Virus record (IMG/VR): IMGVR_UViG_3300032288_003288
DNA from: a virus
Length of the DNA stretch: 64,000 nt
Strand: one strand, 5' to 3'
Position numbers and translations under genes: made by a program. Under the pieces are notes generated by a model, which did no database searches, had not been told where the DNA came from, and worked only from the letters and a program-made list of their open reading frames with translations. Below, in pieces: positions 54,123 through 61,358 of this stretch; within the stretch, counting starts at the first letter, position 1; the number at the start of each line of letters is the position of its first letter.

Positions 54123-55496
54123 TTATGGCGCTGGAGCCGGGGCTGGAGCCGGGGCTGGAGCTGGCGCAGGATTATCTCCTGGAGCTGGCTCTGCACCGGG
54201 TTCTGCTTCGGTCGGTTTATTTAGAGCTTCTTGACCATATGCCTGAATTGCTGCTGTATCGCGATCTTCTTTATATCCTGAACCAAACCAAGTTTCTGCT
54301 GTCTGGAATTCGATTTCTTTCAAAGTCAAACTAACTTGAATATAGACAGGAGAGCTTGCATTGTCACCGAAGAACGCAGGAATTCCGTCAGGAGCATAGT
54401 TGACGTTGACGTTTGATAAGAAGCATCTCTTAATTCTTAAAGGCGTCTTAGATCCCCATCCATATATAGAATGTTTTTCAGAGTCTCCGTCCCATGGAAA
54501 GAAATTAACCATTACCTGAGGAGGATAGTTTAAAAGACCGCTGTCTCCAGAAAAAGTCATAGATGGAAGTGAATAGCCTTTCAGCTTATTCATCATCTTT
54601 CTGATTCTATTTGACTCATCTTCATTTCTGGCATGGAACATAAAGCTAAAGGTAAACTCTCTCATGAGAGGACCTTTGAAAAGAACCGCCGGATTTGGGT
54701 TGGGTGCAACACCCAAAGATTGTTCGAACGCGCTATTCAATGTTTCTTCATCGACACCCAACTCTTCCATACTTTTAGAAGCGGCTTGACCTAAAAATCC
54801 AGAGTTTCCTAATTTAGATGTAAGTGCACCCAAACCTGTCCCAGCTGTAGCTTTAGCAATGCGCATTCCAGCCGCCGCTGCAGAGCCAGCACCCTTACCT
54901 GGATTAGAAACGATGTCGCCGACAGTCTTCATGTCTTTTGTTTCGTAGCTAGCTCCAGTGCTTTCCATTATCTCCGGAGGGAGAGGCAACTTGACATTCC
55001 ATAAATTGGTCGTCTTGGTTTTTTCAAATAGATTTTTTGTGTCGTAAATGTTAAATCTTAGTAACATGTAGTATTTGCTGTCAAAAGGAATAGCACTCTG
55101 AATAGTAGATGCGAGATTGACGTCTAGTCGGGCTCTCTCTATCTTGCCTTGCGGAGTAATTTTTTCGTAGTACATCTGTGAATCTTGCGGAGCGATCTGT
55201 CTATTTGCAGAGACGTCTGCCGCAGACGCGCGCTCAGGACACTTACCAGAGAATCCTGTAAACTCTTCGAAGGCGCTACTGATGACGCTGTCCAGCTTTT
55301 GGCCAGCTATAGAGTCTGTGATACTGAAGCTTAAACCAGACTTGAGAAGAAGCTCTCCTAACCCGCCGAACACCGAGTCGATCTCGTTAATGAATGAGCC
55401 TATGCCTGTGCTGTTGACTAGATCCCCGACAAGACTGTCGACGGCATCTAGAGCAGTATCTTTGACAAAATCTACTGCCTTGTCTAGTAATCCCAT
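54123..55496 (-). CDS. gp48: Baseplate tail tube cap
   Basis: LPLP, NP....LFKGP..R.F.FSF.F.ARN..ES, C.L..V.VNY.PDG and L...EIE motifs. Confidence 0.85.
   Translation of the reverse strand: MGLLDKAVDFVKDTALDAVDSLVGDLVNSTGIGSFINEIDSVFGGLGELLLKSGLSFSITDSIAGQKLDSVISSAFEEFTGFSGKCPERASAADVSANRQIAPQDSQMYYEKITPQGKIERARLDVNLASTIQSAIPFDSKYYMLLRFNIYDTKNLFEKTKTTNLWNVKLPLPPEIMESTGASYETKDMKTVGDIVSNPGKGAGSAAAAGMRIAKATAGTGLGALTSKLGNSGFLGQAASKSMEELGVDEETLNSAFEQSLGVAPNPNPAVLFKGPLMREFTFSFMFHARNEDESNRIRKMMNKLKGYSLPSMTFSGDSGLLNYPPQVMVNFFPWDGDSEKHSIYGWGSKTPLRIKRCFLSNVNVNYAPDGIPAFFGDNASSPVYIQVSLTLKEIEFQTAETWFGSGYKEDRDTAAIQAYGQEALNKPTEAEPGAEPAPGDNPAPAPAPAPAPAPAP
54126..54168 (-). repeat. Short tandem repeat encoding a (PA)n C-terminal tail of gp48
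   Basis: GCTGGAGCCGGG units on the + strand; the protein ends PAPAPAPAPAPAPAP. Confidence 0.85.
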
Positions 55497-55506
55497 TAAA
55501 TCTACC

Positions 55507-55535
55507 TATAAATAGAGCGAGCTAATCTATTTATA
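55507..55535. promoter_or_regulatory. Pair of face-to-face late promoters for gp4 (+, 55507-55514) and gp48 (-, 55528-55535)
   Basis: TATAAATAGA-gcgagctaa-TCTATTTATA, a 10-bp inverted repeat. Confidence 0.85.
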
Positions 55536-55544
55536 TCGAAAACT

Positions 55545-55988
55545 ATGGCATATCAGGGAATGTTTAAACCCAGGAACCCCAGCAAATACAAGGGGGATCC
55601 GACGAACATCGTATATCGCTCGTCCTGGGAACTCAGGTTCATGATGTATCTCGATGCGCATGACAACATCTTAGAGTGGGCCAGCGAAGAGTTTTGTGTC
55701 CCATACAGATCTCCTATCGACGGAAAAGTTCATCGATACTTTCCAGACTTCTATGTCAAAAAGAAGAATAAGGAAGGTAAAGTGGACGTCGCTGTCGTTG
55801 AGATCAAACCCGCAGCCCAGTCTAAACCTCCTGAACCTGTGTCTGGCAAGCCTACGAAGAAATATCTGCGAGAAGTCTATACGTGGGGAGTCAACTCGGC
55901 AAAGTGGGAAAGTGCAGATAAATACTGTAAGGATAGGGGATGGAATTTTGTGGTCCTCACAGAGAACGAATTAAGGATTAACTTTTAG
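55545..55988 (+). CDS. gp4: Head completion nuclease
   Basis: KY.GDP.NIVYRSSWE, W.SEE, HRYFPDF, EIKP and N.AKW motifs. Confidence 0.95.
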   Translation: MAYQGMFKPRNPSKYKGDPTNIVYRSSWELRFMMYLDAHDNILEWASEEFCVPYRSPIDGKVHRYFPDFYVKKKNKEGKVDVAVVEIKPAAQSKPPEPVSGKPTKKYLREVYTWGVNSAKWESADKYCKDRGWNFVVLTENELRINF

Positions 55989-56584
55989 TGGCACTGATAT
56001 TCGATACGATCATTACGCAAGGCGTCAGAGCTGGGCAGATCCCCGCTCGGACACAATCTGCGCGTAACTGGTATCGTCAGACGGCCAAAAAGATTACCAC
56101 AATCAATGAGCGTCAGCTTATTAAAGGTGACAAAGAAAGGCTAAGAACATCCAATCCAATTCCTGGTGGGATGTACATGTTTTTCTACGATCCAAAACAC
56201 AAAGATACGCTGCCTTACTACGATAGGTTTCCGTTGGTTTTCCCATATGCATCTGCACCGGGTGGATTTATGGGACTCAACCTTCACTATCTGCCAAGAC
56301 CGATGAGAGCACGACTGATGGACGCTCTCTATGACTTCGCCAACAACACTCGCTACGACGAGTCTACCAAGATCAAGCTGAGCTACGATCTTTTGAAAAG
56401 CACTGCCAAGTTAAAGTACTTTGCTCCGTGTGTCAAGCATTACTTGTCAGGTCACGTGAAGTCTAAGTTCATGTACATCTATCCATCAGAATGGGACATC
56501 GCCCTCTTCTTGCCGACTGAACGTTTCGTAAAGAGTCAGTCAGGCACAGTGTGGCAAGACAGCATGGCTGCGATAAGAGGATAA
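55988..56584 (+). CDS. gp2: DNA end protector protein
   Basis: YDPKHKDTLPYYDRFPL, GLNLHYL and PCVKHYL..HV.S motifs. Confidence 0.95.
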   Translation: MALIFDTIITQGVRAGQIPARTQSARNWYRQTAKKITTINERQLIKGDKERLRTSNPIPGGMYMFFYDPKHKDTLPYYDRFPLVFPYASAPGGFMGLNLHYLPRPMRARLMDALYDFANNTRYDESTKIKLSYDLLKSTAKLKYFAPCVKHYLSGHVKSKFMYIYPSEWDIALFLPTERFVKSQSGTVWQDSMAAIRG

Positions 56585-56585
56585 A

Positions 56586-57512
56586 ATGGCAAACACCACT
56601 CCAACTATTAATACACCAAATCTATTGACGGCGATAGAGAATCCAGGACAGAGCAATACGACGGTAGCTCCTGCTACTCCTGGATTCGACATCGATGCTT
56701 TTACCACAGACATTAGAACTCGCGGAGTAGTAAGAACTCACAGCTTCTTGGCAATCATCTATCCGCCAGCTATCTTACGCGGTGAGTATAACGACCAATC
56801 TATCAGACGTATGATTATTCGCTGCGACGCTTCTAGCTTACCTTCAGTCAGCTTCATGACTCGTGAATTCTATCGCGCAGGATACGGATCTTCTGAATCC
56901 ATCGCTTATAATACCAACTTCGAGCCTGTCAACTTCTCGTTTCTTGTAGATTCTCAAGCAGAAGTTTACACGTTCTTCTATCGCTGGATGAATTGCATAG
57001 TCAACTTTAACGTCTCTGAGGGGTTTGATTCTGTATCAAACATCGGAGGAAAGAGTCTTAAGGCTTATGAAGTGGGATACAAAGACAACTTTGTGACCAA
57101 GATGGTCATCCTACTATACAACGAAGTGAGAGACAACATCGTAGAAGTGACTTTACACGATGCGTTTCCTATGTCACTGTCAGAAGTCGCTCTGTCATGG
57201 GGACAAACAGACGATCTAATGAAGATAAATGTTCCTATAAAATATAAAGACTTTTCTGTCAAGACTGTGGATCCTGTAGCGCTGGTGCAGAGTCCAGAAA
57301 ACAGCGTGCTGGAACCCGATCCGACAGTTCCTACAGCTCAGCAGTTTAAACCTATTGTGGCTGATGATCTAAGGAATCAAGGTCGAACACGCGTGGCAGC
57401 TCGTACTCCAGTAGAACACTATCTCGCGAGAAACATGATTCGACTGAAACCTGAAGCTTCGCCCGCTCCTCAACCTTCAATCGCGCAAGTATCATTCAAT
57501 CCTAATGCCTAA
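56586..57512 (+). CDS. gp54: Baseplate tail tube initiator (gp54/gp19-like)
   Basis: C....LP, FF..WMN.I, Y.D, L.DAFP...S...LSW tube-fold motifs; next to gp26. Confidence 0.72.
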   Translation: MANTTPTINTPNLLTAIENPGQSNTTVAPATPGFDIDAFTTDIRTRGVVRTHSFLAIIYPPAILRGEYNDQSIRRMIIRCDASSLPSVSFMTREFYRAGYGSSESIAYNTNFEPVNFSFLVDSQAEVYTFFYRWMNCIVNFNVSEGFDSVSNIGGKSLKAYEVGYKDNFVTKMVILLYNEVRDNIVEVTLHDAFPMSLSEVALSWGQTDDLMKINVPIKYKDFSVKTVDPVALVQSPENSVLEPDPTVPTAQQFKPIVADDLRNQGRTRVAARTPVEHYLARNMIRLKPEASPAPQPSIAQVSFNPNA

Positions 57513-57529
57513 TATAATGGAGATATAAT

Positions 57530-58240
57530 ATGTCACTACCTAAAATTGACAAACCGATCTTTACCATGATGTATCCTTCTCAAAAGAGAGAAATCAAGTT
57601 TAGACCGTTTCTGGTCAAAGAAGAAAAGATTCTGCTGATCGCTCAACAGGGCGGTGTAGATAAAGACATTGTACAAGCCATCAAGCAGATTCTCAAGAAC
57701 TGTGTGCTTGATGAGAAATTCAATGTCGATGATCTGACGACGTTCGACTTAGAATACATGTTCCTTAAACTGCGCTCTAAGTCAGTCAGCAACGTAGTGT
57801 CTCTGTCTTACCAGGATGTAGACGACGAGAAGATCTACGACTTCGACGTCAATCTCGATGAGATCGAACTGACATTCACCGAAGATCATAACAACAAGAT
57901 CGCTATTAACGATGAAGTCGGCATCATCATGAAGTGGCCGTCAGTGAACGTGGTCAACGATACACCTGAAGAAGCTACAGAGATCGACATCACCGATCAT
58001 CTTATTCGCAACTGTATCGATAAGATCTACGATGCAGAGACCGTATACGACGTCAAAGAATACTCTGAAGACGAAATCGTGGACTTCATCGATAACCTCG
58101 ACGTCAATACTTACGAGAAGATAGGCAAGTTTTTCGAGAGTCTGCCGAAGCTGAAGCATACGTTGAAGTATACTAATAGCAACGGCACTGAGAGAGTCAT
58201 CGAGCTACAAGGAATTCGTGATTTTTTTACGTGGGGCTGA
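57530..58240 (+). CDS. gp26: Baseplate hub assembly protein
   Basis: LPKI..P, FRPFLVKEEKILL, FDLEYMFLKLRSKSV, KFFE.LPKL.H and G..DFF motifs. Confidence 0.93.
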   Translation: MSLPKIDKPIFTMMYPSQKREIKFRPFLVKEEKILLIAQQGGVDKDIVQAIKQILKNCVLDEKFNVDDLTTFDLEYMFLKLRSKSVSNVVSLSYQDVDDEKIYDFDVNLDEIELTFTEDHNNKIAINDEVGIIMKWPSVNVVNDTPEEATEIDITDHLIRNCIDKIYDAETVYDVKEYSEDEIVDFIDNLDVNTYEKIGKFFESLPKLKHTLKYTNSNGTERVIELQGIRDFFTWG

Positions 58241-58404
58241 ATCATACCTCACTGAATCATTACTTCTCCCTGATGTTCTCTTTGATTCAGCACCATAAAT
58301 ACTCTATTAGTGATATTGAAAATCTGATGCCTTTTGAAAGAGACATCTACGTTGACATGCTGCTTGATTATCTAGAAGAACAAAAGGCAGAGTTTAACAG
58401 ATAA
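58231..58404 (+). CDS. gp51: Baseplate hub assembly catalyst, possibly expressed as a -1 frameshift extension of gp26
   Basis: Below the ORF-track size cut-off. Manual translation: VGLNHTSLNHYFSLMFSLIQHHKYSISDIENLMPFERDIYVDMLLDYLEEQKAEFNR*. The stop overlaps the next ATG (TAATG). Confidence 0.85.
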   Translation: MGLNHTSLNHYFSLMFSLIQHHKYSISDIENLMPFERDIYVDMLLDYLEEQKAEFNR

Positions 58405-61358
58405 TGGCAAGAGGCCCAAAAGTAAGAGCACCTGGCTCCGGCGGCGGAGGATCACGTGGCGGTCGTCGCGGTGGAGCTGGAGGAAAGAGAAGAGCGAGTG
58501 GTGGCGGCGGAAAGAGTTTGGCCGCGGCAGCAGCTCTGTCTGCACTCTTCGGCGGAGGCGGACTTGCTTCTGGTGTAAAGGGCAAGAAAGGTGGTCCAGG
58601 CGGAGCAGGTGGTCGCGGAGGCGGCGGCGAGGCAGAATACAAGCCTTTACCTTCTTTTAATAAGCCTACGGCTCAAGTCAAACGTTACTCTAATCCTACG
58701 CTGAGCAACATATCCGACCAGATCGGTATGATGGTTCGTGGCCTCGTTATTCAAGAAAAGCTATTAGAGAGACAGAGCCAAGATCTACAATTTGGTTACA
58801 AGGAAATGGCTCGAGCTACGCGTGAAAAGAACGCAGAGTCCGGAGCCATGGCCATCGGAGGATCTGGCGCTTTGCCGATGGATGCCATCAAGAGCATGGC
58901 TGAATCATTCTCGGCCTTTGATCTTGCTTTGAAAGAAGCGACGGCTCTACTCAATGACATCAATGAAAACGGGGGCGGCGCCGGAGGACCTGGAATGCCG
59001 CTTGGTGTTCCAGACAAAGCTCCTAAGACTGCTAGAAAGCCTCCTCATAAATCATATCAATTTGTTCCTAAAGCTCAGGCGCTAGATGCTGACGGAGCAG
59101 TTAAAAAGGGTTTCGAAGCCGTAACAGACAAGAACGGCAGAGTAGTAGGTTATAGAAAGAAGCCTGGATTCATCGAGCGACAGCGTAGACAGATTACACG
59201 TGACGTCAAAGCCTTAAGACAGGCTGGAGTAAAAGCTTTTCGCCAAAAAATTCGTAACCCATTCATGAAGTTTTATCGCACACAAAAGAGGCGATTGACT
59301 AAAGCATTCACTCGTGTAAAAGATGCTGCTATGGCCAAGCTTGGAGAATGGGGACAAGCCGCCAAGAATGCCATGGGAAAAGTCGGCGGGCGGGCTGGAC
59401 AAGTACTAGAGAAGATCCTCAAAGATCCAAGAGTCAGTAAAGTATTAGAAGCTATCAAGAAAGCCGGTGGCAGAGTAAATGCCATGACTCTTGGTCGTGT
59501 CGCGCTCTACGTCTGGGCTTTATGGGAGCCTATCTCGGGAATCTTTAATACTTTTAAAAATAAAGACAAGCTTTCTGACAATGAGTTTAAGCAGCAGATG
59601 TCGCAACACGTCGCAGATCTTATCTCTGAGGCGGGTGTTCTTGTAGCCACCGAAATCGTATCTGCGTTTGTTCTAGCAACAATAGGTTCAGTCGTTCCGG
59701 GTATCGGTACAGTCATTGGTTTCATCTTAGGTCTGATCGTAGGTGGTTTCGCCTACGCTATCATCAGCTTTATCTATGGAAAGACAGCAGAAGAAGCTGT
59801 CGAAGGCGTCATACAAAAACTAGTCGGTCTTATCATCGAAGCTGCCTATAAGATTAGAGGAAACAAACGAGAGTCTGCCAGCAGAACTACTCCGGCTCAG
59901 ACTAGACCGCAGACTAGAGGTGGAGCTGCACAAAATACGCAAAAAATAAGCGGCAGCGGTACAGTTCCTCGCGGAGGTGGAGCTAAATCCAATCTCGGAG
60001 TTATCAAGAACCTAACAGTAGCAGACATCATCAACGACGCTGCGCAAAAGGCAGGGATCGATCCTGTAGCTCTGATGGCAATTGCTAGTGAAAATGCCGG
60101 GTTTGATCCTCGCAAGAAGATGGAAAACGTCACAGGCAAAGAGTTGTTTCCGCTGACTCAAGAACAATGGAAACAAATTACAGGAAAATACGGCTCGGCA
60201 TTTCCTCAGCTTAAAGCTGGTATCAATGATCCTCGTGCGGCATCTATAGCATCAGCGCTTCTTCTCAAAGACGCTCAAGATTTCTTGGCTACAAATAAAT
60301 TGCCTACGACTGCGCCTGCGCTCTATGCATCATGGCTGTTCGGTCAAGACGGTGCTTATAAGTTACTTACATCAAAACCTGACGACGTGGCATCGAAGCT
60401 TCTTCCTGAAGCCGCAGGAAGAAGGCCAGAACTATTTAAAAACTCTGCTGGTCAAGACGTAACATCTCAAGAATTAGTCAAAGCTTTGTATGACACCACC
60501 GTCAGAACAAAGAAAGAAGCAGGCGGCAAAAAGAGTAAGCGAGCTCCCGGTGAAACTAACGGAGGTTCATCTTCAAGCCCAAGCGGCGGAGGAAATACTT
60601 CGCCCGAGGGGGCAACACCTGCTGCTTCTCCTGCCGCTGCCACTCCGGCACCGGCAGCTAGTTCATCTTCTCCAGGCGCAAGCTCCACTGGCGGAGAAAC
60701 TGCTTCTCCAGCCGCTGCAGCTGCTCCTGCTGCGAGTACTGGCGGAAATGCTTCCGCAACTCCTACAGCCTCTTCTCCCTCTGCAGTTCCGGCAGCTGGA
60801 ACTCCTCCAACACCAGGCGCTACAACTACACCTGGAGGAATGGCTAAAGTAGAATTGCCGGGCGATAAAGCTCCAACGCCCGGTGCTCCAAGTGCAACTT
60901 CTCCAGGAGCAGTTCCTGCAGGAGGATCTTCTCCGACTCCTGGTTCAGAAATAAACAAGGCGGCAAAAGCTGAGACAGAAGGTGCTCCAGCAGCTCCAGT
61001 CGATCCTAAAAAAATCAAGGAAATAGAAGAAAAGGGCCAGAAAGAAGCAGCTCTTAACGGTGCTCCGGCCGCGGCAATTCCTACACCTGGAGTTCCTCCT
61101 GCAAAAGATATGGCGGCTAAAGTCTCTGCTGCGTCTAAAGAAATTGAAAAAGAATTAAACACTCCGACGTCTCAGGTCAACAGTGAGCCTAACACAGAAG
61201 CTAGCTCGCGTAAGCCGGCGATACTTCCATCAGGCTCTGCAGGTAGAGCCGGCACTGGTCTCGTTCTTTCTCCATACTATAATCCTGGCGATATCTCCAA
61301 GTCCATATACTTTTCACCCATTACATATCCAGCTGACGCTGCTGGTTCGAGGTCATAA
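58404..61358 (+). CDS. Tape-measure-like protein with hydrophobic helices and degenerate SLT-like domain
   Basis: Follows gp26/51. Gly/Arg-rich N-terminus, hydrophobic VPGIGTVIGFILGLIVGG segment, I..AA...GIDP..L.AIA...GFDP SLT-like region and Pro/Ala/Ser linker. Confidence 0.65.
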   Translation: MARGPKVRAPGSGGGGSRGGRRGGAGGKRRASGGGGKSLAAAAALSALFGGGGLASGVKGKKGGPGGAGGRGGGGEAEYKPLPSFNKPTAQVKRYSNPTLSNISDQIGMMVRGLVIQEKLLERQSQDLQFGYKEMARATREKNAESGAMAIGGSGALPMDAIKSMAESFSAFDLALKEATALLNDINENGGGAGGPGMPLGVPDKAPKTARKPPHKSYQFVPKAQALDADGAVKKGFEAVTDKNGRVVGYRKKPGFIERQRRQITRDVKALRQAGVKAFRQKIRNPFMKFYRTQKRRLTKAFTRVKDAAMAKLGEWGQAAKNAMGKVGGRAGQVLEKILKDPRVSKVLEAIKKAGGRVNAMTLGRVALYVWALWEPISGIFNTFKNKDKLSDNEFKQQMSQHVADLISEAGVLVATEIVSAFVLATIGSVVPGIGTVIGFILGLIVGGFAYAIISFIYGKTAEEAVEGVIQKLVGLIIEAAYKIRGNKRESASRTTPAQTRPQTRGGAAQNTQKISGSGTVPRGGGAKSNLGVIKNLTVADIINDAAQKAGIDPVALMAIASENAGFDPRKKMENVTGKELFPLTQEQWKQITGKYGSAFPQLKAGINDPRAASIASALLLKDAQDFLATNKLPTTAPALYASWLFGQDGAYKLLTSKPDDVASKLLPEAAGRRPELFKNSAGQDVTSQELVKALYDTTVRTKKEAGGKKSKRAPGETNGGSSSSPSGGGNTSPEGATPAASPAAATPAPAASSSSPGASSTGGETASPAAAAAPAASTGGNASATPTASSPSAVPAAGTPPTPGATTTPGGMAKVELPGDKAPTPGAPSATSPGAVPAGGSSPTPGSEINKAAKAETEGAPAAPVDPKKIKEIEEKGQKEAALNGAPAAAIPTPGVPPAKDMAAKVSAASKEIEKELNTPTSQVNSEPNTEASSRKPAILPSGSAGRAGTGLVLSPYYNPGDISKSIYFSPITYPADAAGSRS

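Noticed and set aside
55545-55988. TnsA-like nuclease as a transposon or homing endonuclease
   Set aside because: Motifs and position next to gp2 identify it as the core head-completion protein gp4; no terminal repeats.
58294-58301. CATAAATA as a late promoter for the tape-measure genes
   Set aside because: It has one mismatch and coincides with the conserved H-K-Y codons of gp51, so it cannot be separated from coding constraint.
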